DNA of 64,000 bases from an uncultured Alphaproteobacteria bacterium (GCA_902595425.1 CACJPV010000003.1:5227-69226), one strand, 5' to 3'. Positions 35,470 through 47,183 are shown, counted from the first letter of the stretch. Notes: generated from the sequence alone by a model not told the origin. Numbers and translations are program-made.

Positions 35470-36294
35470 TTATTTTGATGAACCATCTGTGTCTGTCGTA
35501 TTCCTTGTCATATAACTTGCATATAAAATTGGTATAAAGGTAATACAAATTATAAAAACTGCAACAACATTCGTTATTGGTCTTTGTCTTGGTCTTATTA
35601 ATTCCGATAACATCCATATTGGTAAAGTTGTTTGTTGACCTGCAGTAAATGTAGTAACAATAACCTCATCAAATGATAAAGCAAACGCTAGCATTCCTCC
35701 TGCCAAAATTGCTGTGCCTAAATTTGGTAAAATAACATAAAAAAAAGTTTGGATATTATTTGCGCCTAGATCCATTGAGGCTTGTATGAGATTAGGTGAA
35801 CTTCGTCTCAAACGAGCAACAACATTATTGTACACAACAACCATACAAAAAGTTGCATGACCAATTATAATTGTCCACGTACTAAATGGAATACCCGCAA
35901 CACCAAAAGCGCTGCGAAGTGAAATGCCTGTTATGATTCCAGGTAGTGCAATAGGTAAAATTATTAAAAGAGTGATATAATCTCTTCCAAAAAAACTTGC
36001 TTTAAATAGTGCTGCTGCTGCTAAAGTTCCAAGTACTATCGCTGATAGGGTTGAGATAAGAGCCACTTGTAATGATAGTCCAACAGCATTCCATATATCT
36101 TCTCTTCCTAAAACAATTGAGAACCATTTCAGAGTATAACCAGGCGGTGGAAATTGGTAGGATTTATCTTCAGTTGTAAATGCATATAAAATAATGAAAA
36201 AAAGAGGAACATGTAAAAATAAAATTCCAAAGATAGCTCCAATTTTTAGGCCTAAAGATGCTTCATTTAAATTTTTCTTTTTTCTAAAGAGCAT
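35470..36294 (-). CDS. Polyamine-type ABC transporter permease (YdcV/PotC-like)
   Basis: ILPIALPGIITG, ASMDLGA EAA loop, LAFALSFDEVIVTTFTAG. Confidence 0.88.
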   Translation of the reverse strand: MLFRKKKNLNEASLGLKIGAIFGILFLHVPLFFIILYAFTTEDKSYQFPPPGYTLKWFSIVLGREDIWNAVGLSLQVALISTLSAIVLGTLAAAALFKASFFGRDYITLLIILPIALPGIITGISLRSAFGVAGIPFSTWTIIIGHATFCMVVVYNNVVARLRRSSPNLIQASMDLGANNIQTFFYVILPNLGTAILAGGMLAFALSFDEVIVTTFTAGQQTTLPIWMLSELIRPRQRPITNVVAVFIICITFIPILYASYMTRNTTDTDGSSK

Positions 36295-37201
36295 TGAACG
36301 CCCCTAATTTTTTTGCAAAATATATATAGACTGCCATTACTGCTATTGGAACAAGTGAGAAAGCTGCTGCTAATGGAATATTACCAGCTGTTCCTTGATG
36401 TGTGTATACGGCTTGACCAATAAAAAATTTAGAAGTCCCAATGATGTATGGAATAATATAATCTCCTAATGTAAGTGAAAATGTAAAAATTGATCCAGCT
36501 GCAATTCCTGGTAAAGCAAGAGGAAGTATAACTTTATAGAATGTTTGCCTTTTAGTTGCCCCAAGATCATAGCTTGCATTGATAAGTGAATTTGGCACTC
36601 TCTCTAAAGAAGCTTGTATAGGTAAAATCATAAATGGTAACCATATGTACGTAAAAACTAAAAACATACCAAGATATGAAATAGATAGTGAAGGACCACC
36701 GATGACTGGCAGAGCTAGTATTGCTTCAAGCAACCAAGTTAAATGCAGCTTTGCTAAAAACCAACTTATAATGCCTTCTTTGGCCAAAATTAATTTCCAT
36801 GAATAAACACGTACTAAATAGCTAGACCATAATGGAAGCATTATAGCTAAATAAAAGAAAACTTTAATTTTCGGAGTTGTATATTTTGCCATGTAATAAG
36901 CAATTGGAAAACCAATTATAGCAGCACCTAACGAAACAACTGATGCTAACACAACAGTTCTTATCAAAATATCAATATTGGCAGGGGAACTAAATAACTC
37001 AATAATTGTGCTTAGAGATATTTTATAAACTACTTTTCCAGTAAATCCATCAAGATAAAAAAAAGAATGAAATAAAAAAACTATCAAAGAACCAAGATAT
37101 ATTATTCCAAGCCATAGCAGTGGTGGAAGTAAAAATAACAAAAGTAATATATGCTTATTACGATATAAATAGTTTGAGAAATCTTCTAATGCACTAGTCA
37201 T
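36284..37201 (-). CDS. Polyamine-type ABC transporter permease (YdcU/PotB-like)
   Basis: LPLWSSYLVRVYSW, ASYDLGA, FSLTLGDYIIP. Confidence 0.88.
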   Translation of the reverse strand: MTSALEDFSNYLYRNKHILLLLFLLPPLLWLGIIYLGSLIVFLFHSFFYLDGFTGKVVYKISLSTIIELFSSPANIDILIRTVVLASVVSLGAAIIGFPIAYYMAKYTTPKIKVFFYLAIMLPLWSSYLVRVYSWKLILAKEGIISWFLAKLHLTWLLEAILALPVIGGPSLSISYLGMFLVFTYIWLPFMILPIQASLERVPNSLINASYDLGATKRQTFYKVILPLALPGIAAGSIFTFSLTLGDYIIPYIIGTSKFFIGQAVYTHQGTAGNIPLAAAFSLVPIAVMAVYIYFAKKLGAFNAL

Positions 37202-38204
37202 TGATATTTGTAATATCTATTTTATTCCAAGATAATTCAAGACTATCACCAAGGTTAATTTTAAATGTTTTTTGTTTATCAACATAGTGTAAAGTTGTTA
37301 GTGTTAGATCATTCGCTTTACATAGAATTTTATAATAAGATCCTTGAAATTGTATATCAGTAACAACAACCTTTGCATTAAATTCACTTTTAGAATCTTG
37401 TTCATTATTAATTTTAATATTTTCTGGTCTGATTGAAAAAGCAGAATTATAATTAAACAGCTTAGCTGCTAATTGTTTTGAAACTAATGAAGTGGTTCCT
37501 ATAAAATCTGCTACAAAAGCAGTTTTAGGATTCTTATAAATATTATCAGGTGTATCTACTTGTTCTATTTTTCCGTCATTAAAGATTGCTATTCTATCAC
37601 TCATACTTAATGCTTCTTGTTGATCATGCGTTACATATATGAAAGTAATTTGGAATTGACGCTGAAGGTTTTTTAGCTCAATTTGCATTTGTTCTCGCAA
37701 TTTTAGATCCAATGCACCCAATGGCTCATCCAATAGCAAAATCTTTGGCTTATTAATCAAAGATCTTGCTAATGCTACTCTTTGACGTTGACCACCTGAG
37801 AGCTCACTTGGCTTTCTTTTTTCATAGCCTGTTAGTTTTACTGTGGAGAGAATTTCCTCAACCTGAGATTCTTGTTCTATTTTTGGTATTTTTTTTATCT
37901 TTAAACTATAGCAAACATTTTCCTCCACATTCATATGAGGAAAAAGAGCATAATCTTGAAATACAGTATTAACATTTCTTTTAAATGGTGGAATGTCTGT
38001 TACGTTTTCATTAAATAGGCTTACGTTTCCTGAGTCAGGCTGCTCAAACCCACCAATTACTTTTAAGCAGGTCGTTTTTCCTGAGCCAGACGGTCCTAAT
38101 AATGAAAAAAATTCTCCATCATTAATTTCCAAATGTATTTTGTCTAAAGCAACAGTTTCATTGAACTTTTTATTAATATTTTTTAACTCGAGAGCTTTAA
38201 TCAT
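37194..38204 (-). CDS. Polyamine-type ABC transporter ATPase (YdcT/PotA-like)
   Basis: GPSGSGKT, FQDYALFPHM, LSGGQRQR, LLDEPLGALD. Confidence 0.92.
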   Translation of the reverse strand: MIKALELKNINKKFNETVALDKIHLEINDGEFFSLLGPSGSGKTTCLKVIGGFEQPDSGNVSLFNENVTDIPPFKRNVNTVFQDYALFPHMNVEENVCYSLKIKKIPKIEQESQVEEILSTVKLTGYEKRKPSELSGGQRQRVALARSLINKPKILLLDEPLGALDLKLREQMQIELKNLQRQFQITFIYVTHDQQEALSMSDRIAIFNDGKIEQVDTPDNIYKNPKTAFVADFIGTTSLVSKQLAAKLFNYNSAFSIRPENIKINNEQDSKSEFNAKVVVTDIQFQGSYYKILCKANDLTLTTLHYVDKQKTFKINLGDSLELSWNKIDITNIND

Positions 38205-38223
38205 AAACTTATAAGGAACTTAA

Positions 38224-38246
38224 GGCGGGATAATTTACATCCCGCC
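38224..38246 (-). terminator. GC-rich stem-loop between the binding-protein gene and the ATPase gene (mRNA stabiliser or partial terminator)
   Basis: GGCGGGAT-7 nt-ATCCCGCC, a perfect 8-bp stem. Confidence 0.7.
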
Positions 38247-38257
38247 AAAATTATATT

Positions 38258-39427
38258 TTAACGACCACCTAGAACAGCAATATAGTCAGTTACCCACTTA
38301 TAGTATGGGATACAACTATCTTGCGTATCACATTTAGATACTGGAGTTTTCCAGAAATAAATTTTATCAAAATTGTCCATACCATTTATCTGGCATGCAT
38401 CTTGACCTTCTTGGTAAATACCTGCTGCTGGATCCATTAAACCAGTTCCACATTTTGATGGAACTGATGGAACCGCACCAAACCAAACACCTAAGTCACT
38501 TTGTAGATTTGAACTTAATTGATGTTCCATCCACATATAAGCACAGTTAACGTTTTTAGACTCTGAATGAACCATAGTAGTATCAGCCCAACCTGTAGCT
38601 CCCTCTTGAGGTATAACACTTGCAATAGGTTGTTCAGCACCAACTAAAAGGTTTACTTGAAATGGCCATGAACCAGATGCTACAAATCCTTCATTTGTAA
38701 AATCATCAATTTGCATAAATGCATCATGCCAGTAACGACCTACCAATTCTCTTTGTTGTCTTAATAAATCCAAAGAAGCTTGGTACTGATCATTAGTTAA
38801 CTCGTAGGGATCTTTAATGCCAAGCTCTGGTTGATGGTACATTAAATACATTGCTGCATCTGCGATATGTATTGGTCCGTCAAAAGCTTGCACTCTGCCT
38901 TTATTAGATTTACCATCTGATAAAGTTTGCTCTTCAAATACTAAACTCCAGCTAGTAGGTGCCTCAGAAATAGCATTTGTATTATACATTAATACATTTG
39001 ATCCCCACATGTATGGAGTACCATAATGTTTTCCATCAACTGTATGCCATTCTGCATTTTGTAATCTAGGATCAATGGTGTCCCAACTTGGGATTAAATC
39101 TGTATTGATTTCTTGAACTGTTCCTCCTGCAATCAAACGCAAGCTAGCATCACCTGATGCTGTAACAATATCGAAACCTCCTTCATTCATTAGAGCAACC
39201 ATCTCGTCTGATGTTCCAGCAGTTTTAATATTAACCTTACATCCTGTATTGTTCTCATATCCAGTGACCCAATCAAAAGCTTCCATTGTTTCACCTCTTT
39301 CTAAATAACCAGCCCAGGCTACAACATTTAATTCACCCTCTCCATCTCCAAGAGATTGAAGTGGGGCTGCATAAGCTGAGAAAGAAAATAAAGAAATTAT
39401 TAGACTTACAAAACTTAATTGTTTCAT
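38258..39427 (-). CDS. ydcS: ABC substrate-binding protein, YdcS-like
   Basis: Signal peptide; AWAGYLERG, TSDEMV, TASGDASLRLI, DGKSNKGRVQAFDGPI.IADAA, GWADTTM, DYIA.LGGR match E. coli YdcS as I recall it. Confidence 0.8.
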   Translation of the reverse strand: MKQLSFVSLIISLFSFSAYAAPLQSLGDGEGELNVVAWAGYLERGETMEAFDWVTGYENNTGCKVNIKTAGTSDEMVALMNEGGFDIVTASGDASLRLIAGGTVQEINTDLIPSWDTIDPRLQNAEWHTVDGKHYGTPYMWGSNVLMYNTNAISEAPTSWSLVFEEQTLSDGKSNKGRVQAFDGPIHIADAAMYLMYHQPELGIKDPYELTNDQYQASLDLLRQQRELVGRYWHDAFMQIDDFTNEGFVASGSWPFQVNLLVGAEQPIASVIPQEGATGWADTTMVHSESKNVNCAYMWMEHQLSSNLQSDLGVWFGAVPSVPSKCGTGLMDPAAGIYQEGQDACQINGMDNFDKIYFWKTPVSKCDTQDSCIPYYKWVTDYIAVLGGR

Positions 39428-39539
39428 ATTTCCTCCTTGTATAAATATAATGTATTATTAATATTTTATATAAATTTACCAGTAATAAATACTAATAAAA
39501 TATATAAATAATGAATTATTCAGATCTTTAAAATGATAG

Positions 39540-40937
39540 CTATATATGTATAGCTTTACCCTCAATATTCATTGCCGCTTCTTTCACCGCTTCACTTGTT
39601 GTAGGATGTGCATGACATATACGGGCAATATCTTCTGAGCTTCCACCAAATTCCATTGTCGTTACTACTTCTGCAATGAGTTGTCCTGCATCATGACCGA
39701 TTATATGTGCGCCTAGGATTGTATCAGTCTTTGTATCCGCCAATATCTTTACAAAACCCTCTGTAGAAGATGTGGTTAATGCTCTTCCGTTTGCAATAAA
39801 TGGAAACTTACCAACTTTGTAATTTACTTTTGCCTCTTTAAGTTCAGTCTCTGTTTTTCCAACAGAGGCTACTTCAGGATTTGTATAGACTATTGCAGGA
39901 ATCATTTCATAATTAATGTGAGGCTTTTGACCACTTATTAATTCCACGCATGCCACACCTTCTTCTTCCGCTTTATGCGCAAGCATTGGTCCTGGCACAA
40001 CATCGCCAATAGCATAAATACCATCTACACTAGTTTTAAATTTACTATTTATTTCAATTGATTTTTTTTCATTCAATTTTACGCCAATTGCCTCTAAGTT
40101 GAGACCTTCTGTGTTTGGCTTACGCCCAATCGACATAAGTACTACATCATATTTTTCTGTAACTGTTTCGTTAACTGAAGACTTCATAATTACATCAACG
40201 CCGTCTTTACCAACTTTTGTAGAAGTAACTTTATGTGAAAGTTTAAAATCTAAACCTTGCTTTTTAAGTGACTTCATAAACTCTTTAGCAATTTCTTCAT
40301 CCATCGTTGGTACAATTCTATCCAGAGCTTCGACAACCGTTACTTTAGATCCAAGTCTACTCCACACAGATCCCATCTCCAAACCAATGTACCCACCACC
40401 GATCACAAGAAATGATTTTGGTACTGACTCTAAAGAAAGAGCACCAGTTGAAGTAACAATTTGTTTTTCATCAACAGGAATTGCATCTATAGAAATTGAA
40501 GAAGATCCTGTTGCTATAATAAAATTTTTTGCTGAATAATTTTTTTCACTATCAAATGAAGAAACTTTAATTGTGTTCTTGTCTGTAAAGCTAGCTAATC
40601 CTTGAATATGAGTAACTTTATTTTTTTTAAAAAGAAAACCAATTCCAGATGTAAGTTGTTTTACAATTTTATTTTTACGCTTCATGAGTTTAGATAAATC
40701 AAGCTCAACTTTTCCTGTGCTGATACCGTGCTCTTCACTATGTTTAGAAATTTCAGTAAATTTTCCAGACGAATTTAATAGAGCTTTGGAGGGGATACAG
40801 CCAATATTCAAACAGGTACCACCGAGTGTTTGTTCTTTTTCAACACATGCGACTTTCATGCCCAGTTGCGCAGCTCTAATTGCTGCAACATAACCGCCTG
40901 GACCTGCTCCAATTACAATTAAATCAAAATCTGCCAT
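39540..40937 (-). CDS. lpdA: Dihydrolipoamide dehydrogenase
   Basis: GAGPGGYVAAIRAAQLG, GGTCLNIGCIPSKALL, HAHPT. Confidence 0.97.
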   Translation of the reverse strand: MADFDLIVIGAGPGGYVAAIRAAQLGMKVACVEKEQTLGGTCLNIGCIPSKALLNSSGKFTEISKHSEEHGISTGKVELDLSKLMKRKNKIVKQLTSGIGFLFKKNKVTHIQGLASFTDKNTIKVSSFDSEKNYSAKNFIIATGSSSISIDAIPVDEKQIVTSTGALSLESVPKSFLVIGGGYIGLEMGSVWSRLGSKVTVVEALDRIVPTMDEEIAKEFMKSLKKQGLDFKLSHKVTSTKVGKDGVDVIMKSSVNETVTEKYDVVLMSIGRKPNTEGLNLEAIGVKLNEKKSIEINSKFKTSVDGIYAIGDVVPGPMLAHKAEEEGVACVELISGQKPHINYEMIPAIVYTNPEVASVGKTETELKEAKVNYKVGKFPFIANGRALTTSSTEGFVKILADTKTDTILGAHIIGHDAGQLIAEVVTTMEFGGSSEDIARICHAHPTTSEAVKEAAMNIEGKAIHI

Positions 40938-42125
40938 CTACACTCCTAAAATTAATTTTGATGGATTTTCAAGTAGGCTTTTAATACTCACTAAAAATCC
41001 AACACTCTCTTTCCCATCAATGATACGGTGATCGTAGCTAAATGCTAGATACATCATTGGGCGAATAACTATTTCATCATCAACCACAACTGCTCTTTTT
41101 TGAATATTATGCATACCCAAAATTCCAGATTGAGGTCTATTAATAATAGGCGTACTTAACATAGAGCCGTAAACACCTCCGTTGGAGATTGTAAAAGTAC
41201 CGCCTGTTAAATCATCCATAGTCAAGCTACCCTCTTTTGCTTTTGTACTAAGTTCAACAATGTTCTGTTCGATATCACCAAAAGTCATTGCATCAGCTTC
41301 TTTTAGAACAGGTACAACCAATCCCTTTTCTGTTCCAACAGCAATGCCAATATCAAAATGATTTTTATAAATAATATTTTCATCACGTATCTCAGCATTT
41401 ACTGCAGGGAATTCTTGAAGACTTGATACAACTGCTTTTACAAAGAAAGACATAAAGCCAAGTTTTACTCCATAGCGCTCCATGAAGTCTTCTTTTTTAG
41501 ATTCACGGACTTTCATTATCTCTGACATATCTACTTCGTTGAATGTTGTTAGGATAGCAGCAGTATTTTGTGATTCTTTTAATCGTGTAGCGATAGTTTT
41601 TCTTATCTTTGACATCTTCACTACTTCTTCCCGTTTTTTTGAAGATGTTGATTTTGCTGATGTATTTTTCATAAAATTAAACACATCTTCTTTAGTTAAT
41701 CGTCCATCCGATCTTGAAGAAGAAATTTTATCAGCACTCAAATTATTTTCATCAACAAGTTTTTGAACTGAGGGAGATAATTTTGTTTTATCTTGATTAA
41801 CAGTAGTAGATATTTCTTTTTGAACTTCAGTTTCCACTTTTAGCGGTTCTTTTGTTTGAGCTTTCTCAGGTTGTGTAGATGCATTTGTTAATTTTTTATC
41901 ACCTAAAAGTGCCAGAACACCCCCAATATTTACATCTGCACCCTCTTCAACCTTGATTTCTGATATAGATCCAGCACTGGGAGCAGGGACTTCCACCGTT
42001 ATCTTATCCGTTTCTATTTCAACTAATGGCTCATCTGCTTCAAATGAGTCTCCAACTTTTTTTAACCATTTAGAGACTGTTGCTTCAGTAATAGACTCTC
42101 CAAGTGTAGGTACGATCAATTCCAT
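40938..42125 (-). CDS. sucB: 2-oxoglutarate dehydrogenase E2
   Basis: Lipoyl ETDK motif, [17 protein letters not shown]. Confidence 0.97.
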   Translation of the reverse strand: MELIVPTLGESITEATVSKWLKKVGDSFEADEPLVEIETDKITVEVPAPSAGSISEIKVEEGADVNIGGVLALLGDKKLTNASTQPEKAQTKEPLKVETEVQKEISTTVNQDKTKLSPSVQKLVDENNLSADKISSSRSDGRLTKEDVFNFMKNTSAKSTSSKKREEVVKMSKIRKTIATRLKESQNTAAILTTFNEVDMSEIMKVRESKKEDFMERYGVKLGFMSFFVKAVVSSLQEFPAVNAEIRDENIIYKNHFDIGIAVGTEKGLVVPVLKEADAMTFGDIEQNIVELSTKAKEGSLTMDDLTGGTFTISNGGVYGSMLSTPIINRPQSGILGMHNIQKRAVVVDDEIVIRPMMYLAFSYDHRIIDGKESVGFLVSIKSLLENPSKLILGV

Positions 42126-42159
42126 TATATTTTATTTATTATTTAACATGTTAAGTGCT

Positions 42160-45057
42160 TTATTCAATTGGCAGTTTATATTTCACCAAAGAAACTCCTG
42201 ATTTTTCTTTTTTTATTTCTTCTAGATTTGCCTCAATAGCTAATCGAATAATATTTTTTTGATTAGATAAGTGTCTGTCAAAAACTCCTGTTGCAGGAGA
42301 TGCAGCTGCTCTTCTACCTATAAAATATAATTCATCCTTGGAACCAATATAATTAAATACTGATTTAAGTCTCTTTTCAACGAATTCCCAAGTGCCCATA
42401 TTTTTTGGCTCTTCTTGACACCAAATCATCTCACATTGATTAAATTTCTTTATTCCTTGCTTCAAAGCCTCATAAGGGAAAGGATATAATTGCTCTAGTC
42501 TTATTATATAAATATTACTTAATTTAAGCTCATTGATACGATCTTGCAATTCATAATAAATTTTGCCTGAACAAAAAATAATACGATTAATATTTTTTAT
42601 ATCATCTTCATTAATAGAATTACTTAGTACACGATGGAAAGTTGATCCATTAACAAAGTCATCTAAAGGAGATGTATTAGCTTTATGGCGAAGAGTTGAT
42701 TTTGGAGTCATGAGAATAAGCGGTTTGCGAAAATCTCTCATCATTTGTCGACGTAAGATGTGAAAATAGTTTGCAGGACTAGTACAGTTAGCAACTTGTA
42801 TATTATCTTCGGCACACATTTGTAAAAAACGCTCTACCCGTGAACTAGTATGCTCTGGACCTTGTCCTTCATGACCATGAGGAAGTAGTAAGGTTAATCC
42901 TGACATACGTAACCATTTTCTCTCACCAGTGGTAATAAACTGATCAATAATTGTTTGAGCACCATTAGAGAAATCTCCAAACTGAGCCTCCCAAATAACT
43001 AATGTTTTCGGATCAGCTTGAGAGTAACCATACTCAAAGCCAAGAACACCAAATTCAGATAAAAAACTATCTACGATTTCAAATAAAGCTTGGTCTTTTC
43101 TAAAATGTCTAAGAGGGACAAAACGTTTTTCATTTTCTTGATCATATAAAACTGCGTGGCGATGACTAAAAGTTCCCCTACCTACATCCTGACCCGATAA
43201 GCGAACACCGTAACCATCTTTAAGCAATGTTGCAAATGCTAAGGCTTCAGCTGTTGCCCAATCAATATTTTTTCCATCCATAATTGACTGTTGCCTATCA
43301 TTATAGATTTTTTTTATTCGTTTATGAGGGTTGAAATCTTCAGGCAAAGTATGAATTTCTTTTGCTAAGGTCTTAATTTCATCTTCTGTAGAAGATGTTT
43401 TTCCTCTTCTTGCATCAATGGATGCAATTTTAATTCCCGTCCATGTTCCATCTAACCAATCAGCTTTATTTGGTTTGTAAGATTTAGATAATTCAAATTC
43501 ATTATCTAAAAATTTTTTAAAATCTGATAGTTTAGTTTTTACCTCATCTTCAGTTAGTATTCCTTCTTTGATAAGCTGGTCTTTATATAATTTTAGAGTT
43601 GTTTGATGTTGTTTAATTTTTTTGTACATTAAGGGTTGAGTGAACATTGGTTCATCAGCCTCGTTATGACCAGACCTTCTGTAACAAAACATATCCACAA
43701 CAACATCCTCTTTAAATAAATTTCTGTACTCTGCAGCAAGTCGGCAAACATGAACTACTGCTTCAGGATCATCACCGTTAACATGAAAGATTGGGGCTTG
43801 AACCATTTTAGCTATTTCTGTGCAATAAGGTGCAGACCGACCATAATGAGGTGTCGTAGTAAAACCTATTTGATTATTAATAACAAAATGAATTGTTCCA
43901 CCAGTACGAAAACCACGAAGTTGTGACATAGCAAATGTTTCTGCTACTATTCCTTGCCCTGCCATAGCAGCATCTCCATGAATAAGAATACCAAAAACTT
44001 TATCCGTTGTTTTATCTTGTAATAAGGTTTGCTTAGCTCTTACCTTTCCAACAACTACAGGATCAACTGCCTCTAGATGAGATGGATTAGGTGTTAATGA
44101 TAAATGAATACTTTTGCCATCAAACTCCCTGTCACTTGATACTCCTAGATGATATTTAACATCACCAGATCCTAATACTTCATTGGGATCATTTAGACTT
44201 CCTTGAAATTTTGATAAAATTCCTCTGTAAGGCATTCCAAGAACTGTTGCAAGCAAAGTGAGTCTTCCTCGGTGTGCAGTCCCAAAATAAATATCTTGCA
44301 CTCCAGCTAAACACGATTGTTTTACAATTTGCTCAATACCTGGAATCATTGATTCACCACCTTCAACACCATATCTTTTTGTTCCAAGAAACTTTTTATC
44401 TAAATACTGTTCAAATAATTCAGATTCCACCAATCGTTGGAAAATTGCTTTCTTCCCTTGTGTAGTAAAATTTGTTTTATTATGGACTTCTTCTATTCTT
44501 TCTTGGACCCATTGTTTTTGCTCGACAGATTGAATATGCAAAAACTCTACTCCGATAGATGATGCATAAGTTTTGTTTAGTATTTGTATAATTTCATTTA
44601 GTGTTGCTGTTTCTAATCCAAGACTTCCATCAATAAAAATTTCTCTATCAAGATCACTGTCTACAAAACCATATGATTTATAATCTAACTCTGGGTGATA
44701 ATTTTTTTTATGTAAATTAAGAGGGTCTAGGTTAGCTATTAAATGGCCATTAATACGATATGCTCGAATTAATCGAAGCGCTCTAATTGAATCCAAGGTT
44801 GATGTTTTAAAACTATTAAAATCTAAAGCTGTTGTTGACCGAACAACTTTATCGAATGAAATATCGTCGATAACATTTGTATTTCTTTTTTTCCATTCTG
44901 GCCCACCAAAATCAGAAATAATGGAAAGTTCATCTTCATTTAATGAAGAAAAAAAACTCTTCCAACTGTTGTCAATACTTGAAGGATTCTGAGTAAATTT
45001 AAAGTATAGTTCAGCAACATAAGGTGCGTTGGCACTATTTAGAAAGCTATCGTTCAT
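42160..45057 (-). CDS. sucA: 2-oxoglutarate dehydrogenase E1
   Basis: AHRGRL, GDVKYHLG, HGDAAMAGQG, WEAQFGDF, GQGPEH. Confidence 0.97.
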   Translation of the reverse strand: MNDSFLNSANAPYVAELYFKFTQNPSSIDNSWKSFFSSLNEDELSIISDFGGPEWKKRNTNVIDDISFDKVVRSTTALDFNSFKTSTLDSIRALRLIRAYRINGHLIANLDPLNLHKKNYHPELDYKSYGFVDSDLDREIFIDGSLGLETATLNEIIQILNKTYASSIGVEFLHIQSVEQKQWVQERIEEVHNKTNFTTQGKKAIFQRLVESELFEQYLDKKFLGTKRYGVEGGESMIPGIEQIVKQSCLAGVQDIYFGTAHRGRLTLLATVLGMPYRGILSKFQGSLNDPNEVLGSGDVKYHLGVSSDREFDGKSIHLSLTPNPSHLEAVDPVVVGKVRAKQTLLQDKTTDKVFGILIHGDAAMAGQGIVAETFAMSQLRGFRTGGTIHFVINNQIGFTTTPHYGRSAPYCTEIAKMVQAPIFHVNGDDPEAVVHVCRLAAEYRNLFKEDVVVDMFCYRRSGHNEADEPMFTQPLMYKKIKQHQTTLKLYKDQLIKEGILTEDEVKTKLSDFKKFLDNEFELSKSYKPNKADWLDGTWTGIKIASIDARRGKTSSTEDEIKTLAKEIHTLPEDFNPHKRIKKIYNDRQQSIMDGKNIDWATAEALAFATLLKDGYGVRLSGQDVGRGTFSHRHAVLYDQENEKRFVPLRHFRKDQALFEIVDSFLSEFGVLGFEYGYSQADPKTLVIWEAQFGDFSNGAQTIIDQFITTGERKWLRMSGLTLLLPHGHEGQGPEHTSSRVERFLQMCAEDNIQVANCTSPANYFHILRRQMMRDFRKPLILMTPKSTLRHKANTSPLDDFVNGSTFHRVLSNSINEDDIKNINRIIFCSGKIYYELQDRINELKLSNIYIIRLEQLYPFPYEALKQGIKKFNQCEMIWCQEEPKNMGTWEFVEKRLKSVFNYIGSKDELYFIGRRAAASPATGVFDRHLSNQKNIIRLAIEANLEEIKKEKSGVSLVKYKLPIE

Positions 45058-45108
45058 TTTTGTTCTTATACACAGATTATTTTTATAAAATATTAGTAGA
45101 TTTTAAAT

Positions 45109-45993
45109 TTAATTATACCCTTTTTGCATTTCAGCTAGCATTGTTTCACCCATTTTGGCAGGTGATGGAGATACAGCAATATTTGCCGACTCCAAAGCAT
45201 CAATTTTTGATTGTGCTGTGCCTTTATTACCAGAAATTATGGCACCAGCATGACCCATTCTCTTTCCTTTAGGCGCAGATACTCCAGCAATAAATGCTGA
45301 CATTGGTTTTTTGATACTTGATTTTGATATAAATTCAGCAGCATCCTCTTCTGCAGTTCCTCCTATTTCACCAATCATCAGTATTCCTTTTGTTGCCTCA
45401 TCTTTTAAAAACAAATCGAGGCAATCAATAAAGTTCATGCCATGAACAGGGTCACCTCCAATACCAACACATGTTGTTTGACCTAAACCTACTTGGGAAG
45501 TTTGCCAAACCGCTTCATACGTTAAAGTTCCAGACCTACTAACTATTCCAATTTTGCCAGGTTGATGAATAAAGCCTGGCATAATTCCAATCTTGCATTC
45601 ACCTGGTGTTACTAAACCTGGACAATTAGGACCTATGAAGTGAGTTTTTTGTTCAATAATTCTTTTTTTAATTTCCACCATATCAAGAACAGGAATACCT
45701 TCAGTAATGCAGGTGATAATTTTTATGTCTGCATCAAGTGCTTCATGTATGGCTTTAGTTGCAAACTTAGCTGGAACATAAATGACGGTTGCGTCTGCTT
45801 GTGTATGATCTTTTGCCTCCTTAACAGTATTAAATACTGGTAAGTCTAAATGAGTTGTTCCTCCTTTTCCTGGAGTCACACCCCCAACCATCTTAGTACC
45901 ATAATCAATTGCTTGTTGAGAATGGTAAGAGCCTTGTGATCCAGTAAAACCTTGGCAAATTACTTTAGTATTTTTATCTATAATAATTGACAT
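45109..45993 (-). CDS. sucD: Succinyl-CoA synthetase alpha subunit
   Basis: [29 protein letters not shown]. Confidence 0.97.
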   Translation of the reverse strand: MSIIIDKNTKVICQGFTGSQGSYHSQQAIDYGTKMVGGVTPGKGGTTHLDLPVFNTVKEAKDHTQADATVIYVPAKFATKAIHEALDADIKIITCITEGIPVLDMVEIKKRIIEQKTHFIGPNCPGLVTPGECKIGIMPGFIHQPGKIGIVSRSGTLTYEAVWQTSQVGLGQTTCVGIGGDPVHGMNFIDCLDLFLKDEATKGILMIGEIGGTAEEDAAEFISKSSIKKPMSAFIAGVSAPKGKRMGHAGAIISGNKGTAQSKIDALESANIAVSPSPAKMGETMLAEMQKGYN

Positions 45994-45995
45994 CT

Positions 45996-47183
45996 TTATT
46001 CTCTAGAAAGCTCCACTACTTTTTTTGCTGCTTCTGTAAAATCATCAATAGAAATTAGACCAAGTGATGAGTTATTAATTACATCTCTACCTTGACTAGC
46101 ATTAGTTCCTTGAAATCGAACCACAATTGGAAGTTTAAAATTAAGTTCTTTTACAGCTTCCACAATGCCATTGGCAATCATGTCACAATGAATAATACCT
46201 CCAAAGATATTTATTAAAATTGATTTTACATTTGAATCAGATTGAATTGTTTTAAAACCCATAATAACTCTCTCTTTGTTAGCTGTTCCCCCTAAATCTA
46301 GAAAGTTTGCAGGCTCTTCTCCAAATTGCTTGATGATATCCATGGTCGCCATAGCCAGTCCTGCTCCATTAACCATACATCCAATTGATCCATCAAGCTT
46401 AACGTAATTCATGTCATGTTCTGCCGCTTGAAGCTCTAAAGGATCTTCCTCTGTTAGATCTTTTAACTCTAATAAATCTGGATGTCTAAATAATGCGTTA
46501 TCATCTAAGCTTATTTTTGCATCCAATAACACAAAAGAGCCTTTTTTATTTAAAACCAAAGGGTTAATTTCAATTGTTGAGGCATCTATAGAGCTAAAAA
46601 CAAGTAATAATTTTTTAGTAATTGTATTTAATTCATCAAATTGACTTTGATTAATCGCAAGTGTTGATTGAAGATTGGAGTCTAAAGCAACATTTTTGAA
46701 GTTATCAAAATGAATATTTATAATTTTTTCAGGATTAGTAGCAGCTACTTCCTCAATATCCATGCCACCAGCAGCAGAGATCATCATCATTACTTTTGAA
46801 GTATTTCTATCAACAATTAGGCTTAGATAAAACTCCCTTTCAATTTCACATCCTTCTTCAATAAATATACGATTGACAGTTTTTCCAATCTTGCCAGTTT
46901 GCTTTGTAACAAGAACATTACCCATCATTGAGGAAGCTATTTTGTTTATTTGATCTTTCTCAAAAATTACTTGAACGCCACCCTTATCATTAAATGAATT
47001 TTTAAAGTAACCAGCTCCTCTTCCGCCTGCATGAATTTGAGATTTAACTACCCACGGAGGACCTTTTAAATCATTTAATTCAGTATCAAGTAAATCAAGA
47101 TTTTTTTCGTATGATTTACCATTAAGAATTGGCAAACCAAATTTTTTTAATATTTCTTTAGCTTGGTATTCGTGAATATTCAT
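45996..47183 (-). CDS. sucC: Succinyl-CoA synthetase beta subunit
   Basis: [37 protein letters not shown]. Confidence 0.97.
   Translation of the reverse strand: MNIHEYQAKEILKKFGLPILNGKSYEKNLDLLDTELNDLKGPPWVVKSQIHAGGRGAGYFKNSFNDKGGVQVIFEKDQINKIASSMMGNVLVTKQTGKIGKTVNRIFIEEGCEIEREFYLSLIVDRNTSKVMMMISAAGGMDIEEVAATNPEKIINIHFDNFKNVALDSNLQSTLAINQSQFDELNTITKKLLLVFSSIDASTIEINPLVLNKKGSFVLLDAKISLDDNALFRHPDLLELKDLTEEDPLELQAAEHDMNYVKLDGSIGCMVNGAGLAMATMDIIKQFGEEPANFLDLGGTANKERVIMGFKTIQSDSNVKSILINIFGGIIHCDMIANGIVEAVKELNFKLPIVVRFQGTNASQGRDVINNSSLGLISIDDFTEAAKKVVELSRE

Noticed and set aside
39441-39470. ATAATGTATTATTAATATT resembling a dif site
   Set aside because: The XerD arm (TTATGTTAAAT) and spacing do not match; this is the AT-rich promoter of the ydcS-like gene
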